This document shows positions 1-8,034 of a DNA stretch of 64,000 bases, in pieces. Within the stretch, counting starts at the first letter, position 1, and every line of letters starts with the position of its first letter. The DNA is taken from the NCBI GenBank assembly GCA_018673485.1, contig JABHCP010000012.1, forward strand, positions 30,393 through 94,392. Reading direction: 5' to 3'. The DNA is from Candidatus Uhrbacteria bacterium. GTDB taxonomy: Bacteria > Patescibacteriota > Patescibacteriia > UBA9934. The translations under genes were made by a program, and so were the position numbers. Under the pieces are notes generated by a model, which was not told where the DNA came from, searched no databases, and worked only from the letters and a program-made list of their open reading frames with translations.

Positions 1-465
1 AAGGGTGATGAGAATTTGAGTTATACAATCGTGGGTGATGGAATGATGAAGCCTGCGATTCTTAATTTTATCAAAGAACATAGCTTGGAAGATCGAGTCG
101 AGCTTTTATCAGCTGTACCTGATCGCAAGTTGCCGGACCTGTATTCAAAGTCAGATATTTTTGTAATGCCAACTACTAAGTCAGAAGGGGACAGGGAGGG
201 ATTTGGAATAGTGTACATTGAGGCTCAGCTTTTTGGTATTCCAGTTATCGCAACCAGTCATCCTGGAGTTGATGAGGCGATAAGAGATAGGGAGACGGGA
301 TATCTTATTGATGGCTCACAAGATGAGCTTAAGATGGCGATTGAAAATCTGAAGAATTCTGAAGTTCGAAAGAGGATGGGTGCGGCTGGATCAGAATTTA
401 TTAAGTCTAGCTTTATGCGAGAAAAACAATTCAAGAAATTTTATAAGATTTTAGATTGTGAATAA
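1..465 (+). CDS. Glycosyltransferase family 1 (GT4-like), C-terminal portion; 5' end lies outside the window
   Basis: EGFGIVYIEAQLFGIPVIATSHPG motif typical of the GT1 C-terminal Rossmann domain; the reading frame is open to the window start. Confidence 0.75.
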   Translation, partial: KGDENLSYTIVGDGMMKPAILNFIKEHSLEDRVELLSAVPDRKLPDLYSKSDIFVMPTTKSEGDREGFGIVYIEAQLFGIPVIATSHPGVDEAIRDRETGYLIDGSQDELKMAIENLKNSEVRKRMGAAGSEFIKSSFMREKQFKKFYKILDCE

Positions 466-1177
466 GCCACTCATTTCAGTCGTAATCCCAACGTACCAGC
501 ATGCAAGTACTCTGACGGAGTGTTTGGATTCGGTTTTAGCGCAAACCTATAAAAATATTGAGATTATTGTCGTTGACGACGGGTCAACTGATAATACGCA
601 GGAAGTACTGGCAAAGTTTAAAGATCGAGTTTCGATAATTAAACAGGAGAATCAGGGGTCAAACCTAGCGCGAAATCGAGGATGGAAAGAAGCAAAGGGT
701 GAGTATTTAATTTTTTGTGACGCTGACGTGATTATGGACTCAAGGATGTTGGAGAAGCTTCACGGTGCATTGCAGTCAAACGTAAATGCTAGCTTTGCAT
801 ATTCTTCATTTAAGTTTGGGTGGAAATCATTTAAAGGTGTTGAGTTTGATTCTGAGTTTTTAAAGAAGCGAAATTTTATTCACACATCAGCTTTAGTGCG
901 GGCAAAGGACTTTCCGGGATTTGATCCAGAGATTAAACGTCTGCAAGATTGGGATGTATGGCTTACGATGTCGCAGCGTGGATTGAGTGGTGTGTTAGTT
1001 GATGAGGTTTTATTTTCTGTGCAGATTAGTGGCGAGTCAAGAATTGGCTCATCGTGGTTGCCGTCGTTTCTATATAAAATTCCATGGCCTATTTTGGGGT
1101 GGACACCAAGGAGGATTAGAAAGTATGAAGATGCTCAAAGAATTATTTGCAAAAAACACATGATATGCGAGAAATAG
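458..1177 (+). CDS. Glycosyltransferase family 2 (GT-A fold)
   Basis: N-terminal ISVVIPTYQ...IIVVDDGSTDNT signature; GTG start overlapping the upstream stop by 8 nt. Confidence 0.75.
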   Translation: MNKPLISVVIPTYQHASTLTECLDSVLAQTYKNIEIIVVDDGSTDNTQEVLAKFKDRVSIIKQENQGSNLARNRGWKEAKGEYLIFCDADVIMDSRMLEKLHGALQSNVNASFAYSSFKFGWKSFKGVEFDSEFLKKRNFIHTSALVRAKDFPGFDPEIKRLQDWDVWLTMSQRGLSGVLVDEVLFSVQISGESRIGSSWLPSFLYKIPWPILGWTPRRIRKYEDAQRIICKKHMICEK

Positions 1178-2022
1178 ATGTATCAATTGTTGTAGTGACT
1201 TATAAAGAGAATTTGGATGTTCTCAAGGCTTGTTTTGATTCTGTTAAAAAGTCAGAAGGGGTAAGCTACGAATTGATAGCGGTCGACAACGGGCAAAGCG
1301 ATGCGACGCGTGGACTTTTGCAATCATATGAACATGCCACATACCTGCGCAACAAAGGGAACTTAGGATTCGCTGCTGCAGTGAATAGAGGTATGTCGAT
1401 TGCGCGTGGTAGATATGTTTTGCTTTTGAATCCCGATGCGCGATTCAAGCCAGACGTTTTAATTAAGATGTTGGAAAGACTCGATAAAGATACAGGTGTT
1501 GGAGTAGGAAGTTGCGTGATTAAATATCCAGACGGAACGTTGCAAGAGAGTATTCGCAGGTTTCCAAAATTTTTGGATCAGCTTTTAGTGATGCTCAAGG
1601 TTCCACATTTTGTGAAAAAGTGCCGCCCCATTGATAAATACATGATGCGTGATAAGGATCCGTATGAAACTCAAGATGTCGACTCAATTATGGGTGCTTT
1701 CATGTTTATTCGGCGTGAGGTTATTAACCAAATTGGATATCTTGATGAACGCTTTTTTATTTGGTTTGAAGAGGTCGATTATTGCAAAATGGTGCACGAC
1801 AAAGGTTGGAAGATCAGGCATTATGCTGATCTAGAGATCGAGCATCACAAGGGGCACATGTTCGATAAGCTCGCCACGATTCAAAAGCAAAAGTGGATTC
1901 GCCAGAGCATGCGAAAGTATATCAGGAAGCACGAAGGATGGTTCGCGTGGTTCGTGCTTTGGACTCTGGCACCTGTATTTATCAGCCTTGGATACCTGGC
2001 CGCGTTTATTAAGAGAAAATAA
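1147..2022 (+). CDS. Glycosyltransferase family 2
   Basis: VSIVVVTYKEN...ELIAVDNGQSD GT2 N-terminal motif; start could instead be 1165. Confidence 0.7.
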   Translation: MQKTHDMREIDVSIVVVTYKENLDVLKACFDSVKKSEGVSYELIAVDNGQSDATRGLLQSYEHATYLRNKGNLGFAAAVNRGMSIARGRYVLLLNPDARFKPDVLIKMLERLDKDTGVGVGSCVIKYPDGTLQESIRRFPKFLDQLLVMLKVPHFVKKCRPIDKYMMRDKDPYETQDVDSIMGAFMFIRREVINQIGYLDERFFIWFEEVDYCKMVHDKGWKIRHYADLEIEHHKGHMFDKLATIQKQKWIRQSMRKYIRKHEGWFAWFVLWTLAPVFISLGYLAAFIKRK

Positions 2023-2059
2023 TTTTTCACATTTGTCCCGATCGGGACAAATGTGAAAA

Positions 2060-3682
2060 ATGAATAATATGAATATTAAAAAACAATTCGTAGGTGACGC
2101 AATGTGGATTGCATTGAGTTTAATGGGCATCATGCACGCACTTGCATTTTTTGTGCGTGATACTGGATTCGAGTTGCCGATATTTATTATATTCGGCATT
2201 TTTGTTTTGATAGTTTCCTGGCGATCGCAGTTGAATGGATTACTGATCGCGTTTGCTGAGATCTTTGTAGGTGGTCACGGACATTTGTTAGACATCGAGG
2301 TCCTCGGATTTTCATTATCGATTCGAATGTTAATCTTCGCGATCGTGATGACTGTGTGGTTGATTAAATACGCTCGGATCCCCCTACTTTTCAAGGAGGG
2401 GCCAGGGGTGGTTATTTCTCGTATGATTTTTGTCCGTGATTTACCTTGGCTGGTGCTGATCGTGGCTGTAGCTGTCGGAACACTGATCGGTTTTCTACAA
2501 AATGATCCATCTGCGGCATTCGACGATATGAATGGATATGTGGTGATCGGATATTTATTACCCATACTGACTATCAAGTGGGGTCAAGAAAACAAGAGAA
2601 AGTTACTCCAAGTTTTATTTGCGTCGGTTGTATGGATTATGGGATTCACGGTTGCACTCGCATATGCATTTACTCACATCGACGGTGACAACCTGCACAA
2701 TCTTTACACATTCGTTCGCGATTCAAGATTGGCCGAGGTCACGTTGCAGGTTATTGGATCGGACGTTCCATTTTTGAATCGATTTGAGGGTGATTATTGG
2801 TATCGAATTTTCATGCCAACGCAGACCATTGTCATGTTCGGAATGTTGTTGATGTATGCCTCGGCAATGTATCTCTGGCGAAAAAGCAAAAGCCCGTGGT
2901 TCATGTGGGTTATGTTTGGACTTTCAATTTTGACCATCATATTAAGTTTGTCGCGTAGTTTTATTTTGGGTGCAGTCGCTGGCGGTTTGATTATATTTAT
3001 AACAGCTTGGATGTTTGGAAAGGGGAAGTGGTCGATTGTTGTCAGGACTCTTGGTTCTGTTGTGGTTTCGATCTTCGCGGTCTTGTCGATCATTGCGATT
3101 GTGCAAGTTCCAATACCGCAAAGACCCGACTTGAGTGATGCTGCGTTTTTTGAAACGTCATCAGACACAGGGCGATCCGAGGCGGTAGTAAGTCGCTGGA
3201 ATCTCCTTGATCCGATGATGGATGAGATAATTGAAAGCCCGATTATTGGATCGGGGTTTGGTAAAGAGGTAACGTATACATCAGAAGATCCTAGGATAAT
3301 ATCTGAGCTTGGAAATCAGGGATATACAACTTATAGATTCGAATGGGGATGGCATGATATTTGGCTTAAAATGGGTCTATTAGGGCTTGCGGGCTTCATT
3401 TGGTACATTGTGTCGATTGTGCGTGTTGGGTGGTTTACAATGCAGTCCAAGGGCCACAAATGGCTAGTTATTGGATTGGTCGCCGGGATTGTTGGGCTTT
3501 TCGTAACGCACACGTTCTCACCATATCTAAATCACCCAATCGGACTAAGTCTGATGCTATTTATCATTCCGTTTATTGATTGGGATGGGTTCGCAAAGAA
3601 GCGTAAGGAGGCGTATATAGAGGTTAGAAAAAAGAAACTGATGAAACGACCAGCGACAGTAGTTGCATCAAATATTAAATAA
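2060..3682 (+). CDS. Polytopic integral membrane protein, possibly O-antigen ligase/polymerase-like
   Basis: 540 aa with more than 10 hydrophobic helices, immediately downstream of the glycosyltransferase cluster; assignment is by context only. Confidence 0.4.
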   Translation: MNNMNIKKQFVGDAMWIALSLMGIMHALAFFVRDTGFELPIFIIFGIFVLIVSWRSQLNGLLIAFAEIFVGGHGHLLDIEVLGFSLSIRMLIFAIVMTVWLIKYARIPLLFKEGPGVVISRMIFVRDLPWLVLIVAVAVGTLIGFLQNDPSAAFDDMNGYVVIGYLLPILTIKWGQENKRKLLQVLFASVVWIMGFTVALAYAFTHIDGDNLHNLYTFVRDSRLAEVTLQVIGSDVPFLNRFEGDYWYRIFMPTQTIVMFGMLLMYASAMYLWRKSKSPWFMWVMFGLSILTIILSLSRSFILGAVAGGLIIFITAWMFGKGKWSIVVRTLGSVVVSIFAVLSIIAIVQVPIPQRPDLSDAAFFETSSDTGRSEAVVSRWNLLDPMMDEIIESPIIGSGFGKEVTYTSEDPRIISELGNQGYTTYRFEWGWHDIWLKMGLLGLAGFIWYIVSIVRVGWFTMQSKGHKWLVIGLVAGIVGLFVTHTFSPYLNHPIGLSLMLFIIPFIDWDGFAKKRKEAYIEVRKKKLMKRPATVVASNIK

Positions 3683-3685
3683 ATA

Positions 3686-3714
3686 AAAAGCCAGCTGTTA
3701 ATGCTGGTTTTTGC
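3686..3714 (+). terminator. Rho-independent terminator hairpin (aaaaagccagc-tgttaa-tgctggttttt)
   Basis: GC stem followed by a T-run directly after the stop at 3682. Confidence 0.5.
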
Positions 3715-3768
3715 AAAAAGAAACACCCCAACTAGGTGGGGCGTAACGAATGATGTGTGGGCCGCTAG

Positions 3769-3865
3769 TGGCCACGACTGCTACCGATTCAACGAATTGA
3801 TATCAGCGCTAGTTCACATCGGTCCAAATTTCAGTCTAGGTGACAGGCAGGCCGCTAGTGGCCAC
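3769..3865. repeat. Two direct copies of the 16-mer GGCCGCTAGTGGCCAC (3769-3784 and 3850-3865) at the boundary of a high-GC locus
   Basis: Exact 16-bp direct repeat read from the sequence; a CCCCA-N-TGGGG hairpin lies at 3723-3745. Confidence 0.5.
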
Positions 3866-4457
3866 AGTTCCCATCTGAACCCCGATGTTGTTGGGGTCCA
3901 CAGCGGTAGTTTCCGCTGCTTTCTTGGATTTCTTCAGTCGGATCCGGTTGGACCGACGTGACTTCAAATCCGTAGTGGCTTACCTCTACCAACCTCTTGC
4001 CGCGCCGTTTTTGCCATACGTGCCAGCGGTGAAAGTGGTGCAGGTCTTCTGGATTGTTCATCCAGATGGTGAAGTACCGAATTACCTCTTCGAGGATTTG
4101 TTCCTCATCGAGCTTTTTCGGACTCCAGAACACTAGCAGTAGTTCTCTGCCGGGCGTTCCATTGATCTCGAATGGTCCGAGATCCAGGGTCTCGAGAATT
4201 CCATTCTTCTCTGCTTGGGCGAGGACTGATATTCTCCCATCAGGTCCGCATGTGTAGAGGTAGACCCAACGCTCACTCCTCTTCGAGGACGACACGTGCA
4301 AGGTGAGATCATCTCCCATGACGAGTTGTTCATCGAAATGGAAAGTCAGCCGTTGCTCACCTCGAGTGATTGTACCGGAGACACCAGCAGCGTTTGCTGG
4401 TCTCAAGGGCAGGGCCAGGGTGAGTAGGGCGACGAGCAGGGCGAGGGTGCGCTTCAT
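3855..4457 (-). CDS. Hypothetical secreted protein encoded in a high-GC locus
   Basis: Start at MKRTLALLVALLTLALPLRPANAAG (signal peptide); GC about 58% against a roughly 38% background; hairpin (gggacaatcctgtcc) and AAAGGA precede the ATG. Confidence 0.55.
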   Translation of the reverse strand: MKRTLALLVALLTLALPLRPANAAGVSGTITRGEQRLTFHFDEQLVMGDDLTLHVSSSKRSERWVYLYTCGPDGRISVLAQAEKNGILETLDLGPFEINGTPGRELLLVFWSPKKLDEEQILEEVIRYFTIWMNNPEDLHHFHRWHVWQKRRGKRLVEVSHYGFEVTSVQPDPTEEIQESSGNYRCGPQQHRGSDGNCGH

Positions 4458-4607
4458 GGGGTCCTTTCTTGCTCTGTTGGACAGGATTGTCCCGACTGCA
4501 TTCCAAATAATTGAATTATTTTGCATTTGAAACACAGGCGGGCAGTCGAAGGCGAATCCTTCGACCACGGAGTGGTCCGTTGGGACCTGATAGAGAAGAC
4601 GGCTACA

Positions 4608-5120
4608 TCAGGGGTTGATCTTGTAGACTAGTCCCCAGAAGCCGTTGGTGCGCACCATACCATTGAGGTGATGCGTCAGTCCGATGTGGCTCGGGTTTGC
4701 GACGTGACAGGTGTTGCTCCTGTACGTCTTGTTTCCTTCGTTGCGCAGGGCGGAGACGTTTGATGTCCCTCGCGCCCAGACCACGTGATCCCAGGTCAGG
4801 TCGTAGGTCTCAGGGACTTCGAACATCGGCTGGGCGGTGTAGAACGGGTACCTTTCCAGCCGTTCACCCTTGACGAGCATCGCTCCACGGATGACGTCTC
4901 GGAAGTTGACCGTTTCGTACACTTCTTCGCTGCCAACGAAGAAGGTGGCCTCTGGGTTTTCTGCGTCGAAGCTCAGCACCATGAAGATGCTGTTGGGAGC
5001 CTCGACTTCTTCCTGCGTGCAGGCCAAGGGGCCGCCGGCGTAGGCCGGGTTGGGGTTGGACACCGCGAATGCGGCCATGATGGCCAAGATCGCGAGGACG
5101 ACAGCGTTGGTGCGCTTCAT
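4608..5120 (-). CDS. Hypothetical secreted protein encoded in a high-GC locus
   Basis: MKRTNAVVLAILAIMAAFAVSNPNPAYAGG signal peptide; leader is CCCGCAAAG, hairpin (gacgga cccct ccgtc), GAAGGCG, ATG. Confidence 0.6.
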   Translation of the reverse strand: MKRTNAVVLAILAIMAAFAVSNPNPAYAGGPLACTQEEVEAPNSIFMVLSFDAENPEATFFVGSEEVYETVNFRDVIRGAMLVKGERLERYPFYTAQPMFEVPETYDLTWDHVVWARGTSNVSALRNEGNKTYRSNTCHVANPSHIGLTHHLNGMVRTNGFWGLVYKINP

Positions 5121-5213
5121 CGTAACGCCTTCCGACGGAGGGGTCCGTCTTTGCGGGAATTAATCATCCCACCTGTATTTCAAAATAAATTGTTAAAGAA
5201 AGAGAACGAAAAA

Positions 5214-5241
5214 GAATAGCATAAAAATGCAATTCTGTCAA
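5214..5241 (-). promoter_or_regulatory. Sigma70-like promoter TTGACA-17bp-TATTCT on the minus strand, reading into the high-GC locus
   Basis: Reverse complement of 5213-5241 is ttgacagaattgcatttttatgctattct. Confidence 0.4.
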
Positions 5242-5257
5242 TAGTAATGCGCTAGTT

Positions 5258-6196
5258 TTAGCCTAATATAGTGTTGTTGAGATCCTTATGACCCTGAATG
5301 AACGCTGTAGCTGACATCTTTGAACTATTTTGTGGTTGAAGTTCAAGCACTTCAATTACCTTTGTTTTAGTCCCAATGAATAATCGGTTTTCTTCGATTT
5401 GTGCAAGTCCTGGTGCTAAGCTCTTGTCTGAGATTTGCAGGTCATGAATCTTGATAGTTGTTTTGGTCTCATTGCGCTTCCAGATTGTGAAAACCCCTGG
5501 CCATTCGATTAAAGCTCGGAATTGTGCGTAGATGGCGTCAGCTGGTTGGTTCCAGTTGATCTTGCCATCAGCCTTAGTTAGCATTTTGCAAAATGTTGCT
5601 TGTTCGTGATCTTGTTCTTGCGGCTTAACTTTATCGGCTACATATTTCTTTATCGTATCGATAAGTAGCGGCGCTCCTGTCTTTGCAGCTTTTGCACGCA
5701 GGCTTGTTGATGTTTCATCGTTGCCGATTTTCATTTTTTGTTGCGACAGAATAGGTCCATGGTCCATCTTGTCATCAACTAGCATGATCGAGACCGCTGT
5801 CTCGGATTCTTCGTTTAGTATTGTAGATTGAATTGGTGATGGTCCACGATATTTTGGAAGTAGGGAAGGGTGAACATTTACTGTGCCAAGTTTTGGAATA
5901 TCTAAAACTTCTTGTGGAATGATTTTCCCGTAAGCGATAATTACAAATAGATCAGCTTCGAGCTTCTTGAGTTCTTCAGCGATATTGGATGTTCGAAGAT
6001 TGTCAGGTTGAAAAACTGCAATGTCATTCTCTTGAGAGAAAATTTTTGTCTCAGGTGCTGTCAAAATCTTTTTTCGCCCAACAGGTTTGTCTGGTTGGCA
6101 AACTACTCCTTTAATCGAAAATACCTCATCAGCATGTAATGTAGCGAGGAATTCTTTTGCAAATTCAGGCGTTCCAAAAAAGACTGTTTTGATCAT
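5258..6196 (-). CDS. fmt: Methionyl-tRNA formyltransferase
   Basis: MIKTVFFGTPEFA...VVCQPDKPVGRKK N-terminal formyltransferase motifs; 312 aa. Confidence 0.85.
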   Translation of the reverse strand: MIKTVFFGTPEFAKEFLATLHADEVFSIKGVVCQPDKPVGRKKILTAPETKIFSQENDIAVFQPDNLRTSNIAEELKKLEADLFVIIAYGKIIPQEVLDIPKLGTVNVHPSLLPKYRGPSPIQSTILNEESETAVSIMLVDDKMDHGPILSQQKMKIGNDETSTSLRAKAAKTGAPLLIDTIKKYVADKVKPQEQDHEQATFCKMLTKADGKINWNQPADAIYAQFRALIEWPGVFTIWKRNETKTTIKIHDLQISDKSLAPGLAQIEENRLFIGTKTKVIEVLELQPQNSSKMSATAFIQGHKDLNNTILG

Positions 6197-6272
6197 ATTA
6201 ATTTCGATATTAGCAGATTTTTTGATAAGATTCAATGGTTAAGATCGATATTAAACATTTATATAAAGGTGT

Positions 6273-6809
6273 ATGGAGATCATTGTCTGCACAGAGAACA
6301 GGGCAAAAGTTCAAGCTATAACGGAAGTTTTTAGCAACTTGCACCCTGAGGCGAATATTATCAGTAAAAGCTTTTCGTCAGATATTTCCGATCAACCAAT
6401 GAGTGAAGAGGAAGGGCTCGACGGTGCTATAAATCGTGCGAATAATGCCAGACGGGAATATTTAGAAGCACATTATTGCATTGGCATGGAAGGGTTTGTT
6501 GATGTTAATAAATTCGGTATGTTCCTCGCTGGCGCTGTGGCGATTATTGATCAGCAGGGTATAATTGGCTTAGGGACGAGCGCTAAAGTTCTGTTGCCTA
6601 AGTTTATTGCAAAAGAAATTGAGGCTGGTGTCGAGTTGGGCCCACTTGTAAAAGACTTAATGGATGATGTAAAAGGTGAAATTCGTCATAGTGCAGGTAC
6701 GACAGGTGTTTTAACAAAGGGTCTTTATAATCGTGTTGATGAATTTAAGGATGCAACAAAGTGCGCATTGGCAAGATTTCAGTCACCTAAACTTTTTGAG
6801 ATTCAATAA
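6273..6809 (+). CDS. yjjX: Inosine/xanthosine triphosphatase (YjjX family, non-canonical purine NTP phosphatase)
   Basis: 178 aa; MEIIVCTEN...KVQAITEVF and EEGLDGAINRANNARREY resemble the YjjX pattern. Confidence 0.6.
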   Translation: MEIIVCTENRAKVQAITEVFSNLHPEANIISKSFSSDISDQPMSEEEGLDGAINRANNARREYLEAHYCIGMEGFVDVNKFGMFLAGAVAIIDQQGIIGLGTSAKVLLPKFIAKEIEAGVELGPLVKDLMDDVKGEIRHSAGTTGVLTKGLYNRVDEFKDATKCALARFQSPKLFEIQ

Positions 6810-7020
6810 TTCTGAAATTATTGTTTTGATCCTTGCTGAGGTTAGCGCTAACTTATATCAGGGTATGTAAGTATTTGACTTACTCAATATATCTGCTAGA
6901 CTTATTTTAGATAGATAAATATGTTTATAAATATAGCAAATAGTCAGGGATGGCGATGGAATTGCAAAGAAACTGCATGACCATTGTTTTGTTTGTAAAT
7001 TTTTAATAAAAAAATTAAAA

Positions 7021-7053
7021 CTCCACCTGGTCAGCAGGTGGAGTTTTTGTTTT
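7021..7053. terminator. Hairpin terminator ctccacctg-gtcagc-aggtggag followed by a T-run, flanked by an A-run (likely bidirectional)
   Basis: 9-bp perfect stem followed by TTTTTGTTTT. Confidence 0.5.
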
Positions 7054-7156
7054 GACGCTTGTTTCTTGTGACGTAATAATCGCCAGCACAAAACTTCTAT
7101 CATATTTGTAAATGAGGTGCGCTGGACTCATTTATAAAAACAAAAGGAGACTCGTC

Positions 7157-7369
7157 ATGAGTAATTCTTGTACCCATAAGTGGGAATATGTTGGAAGAAT
7201 ACCTGGATATTGGTGTTCTCGTGATCTGTATTGCTGCATTCATTGTGGCCATACCTGCAGAGGATCAGAATTCGATGCATTTGGATATGCATGCGGCACT
7301 GCAGGAAAACCTGAAGCTGGTGAGGGTGGCAATGAAGCTGCAACCTCTGATAAAGAGAGCAGAGATTAG
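7157..7369 (+). CDS. Small Cys-rich hypothetical protein (about 70 aa)
   Basis: AAAGGAGACTCGTC-ATG ribosome-binding site; MSNSCTHKWEY...CCIHCGHTCRG cysteine cluster; start could be 7112 instead. Confidence 0.4.
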   Translation: MSNSCTHKWEYVGRIPGYWCSRDLYCCIHCGHTCRGSEFDAFGYACGTAGKPEAGEGGNEAATSDKESRD

Positions 7370-7401
7370 ATATACGTCTTTACGTTAGGCGTATCTCAAA
7401 A

Positions 7402-7438
7402 CCCCGTGTCAATTGAATTGACACGGGGCTATTTTTTT
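7402..7438. terminator. Bidirectional rho-independent terminator (ccccgtgtcaattgaattgacacgggg then T-run)
   Basis: 11-bp perfect stem between convergent genes, with A/T runs on both sides. Confidence 0.65.
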
Positions 7439-7448
7439 CAAAATTGAA

Positions 7449-7934
7449 TTATTCTATCGGCATTATTTTCTGCGCACGGTCAGTGAATAGGATTCCGTCG
7501 AGGTGATCGATTTCGTGTTGGAAGATGATTGCGTCGAATGTGTCGGTTTCGATAGTCATATCTTCTCCGTTTCGATCGAGTGCTTTTAGTGTGATCGCCC
7601 TAGGTCTTTGCACGATTCCAGTCAAAGTTGGGACAGAGAGGCAACCTTCTTCATTCTTTACTTTTCTAAGTGATCGCTTGGTAATCTCGGGATTTGCAAA
7701 AATCTCGGGGACCCCATCTCTTGTTACAGCAATTATTCGCCAGTGCTTACCTATTTGAGGTGCAGCTAGACCGATACCACATTCTACCTGCATGGTTTCA
7801 ATCATGGTATCGCAAAATTCCTGAATCTCTTTGGATTGCAGTTGTTCTTTTGTGATTTCTTTTGATCGTTCCTTTAGAAACGGATCAGGAGTTGTTATAA
7901 CTGGAAGTATCATAGTGATTGGTAGGAAGTTCAA
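7449..7934 (-). CDS. def: Peptide deformylase
   Basis: GIGLAAPQIG, EGCLSVP and QHEIDHLDG metal-binding motifs. Confidence 0.85.
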   Translation of the reverse strand: MNFLPITMILPVITTPDPFLKERSKEITKEQLQSKEIQEFCDTMIETMQVECGIGLAAPQIGKHWRIIAVTRDGVPEIFANPEITKRSLRKVKNEEGCLSVPTLTGIVQRPRAITLKALDRNGEDMTIETDTFDAIIFQHEIDHLDGILFTDRAQKIMPIE

Positions 7935-7942
7935 AGTGGCTT

Positions 7943-8034
7943 AGAAGATCTCTCGTGGGACTCGAGATGGGGGCGGAGGTATGGTCGAGATGGTGATTGA
8001 CATTATCCATTTCGATGCATCAGAGAAATCTTCT
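7943..8034. repeat. Palindromic dispersed repeat family R2 (AGAAGATCTCTC...CGAGATGG...TTCCATTTCGA...GAGAAATCTTCT), copy 1
   Basis: Shares termini and core with the copies at 26388, 26903 and 58079. Confidence 0.6.

Noticed and set aside
6858-7103. 81-aa minus-strand ORF between the yjjX-like gene and the small Cys-rich gene
   Set aside because: AT-rich, low-complexity translation with no ribosome-binding site. The interval contains two terminators and reads as intergenic.
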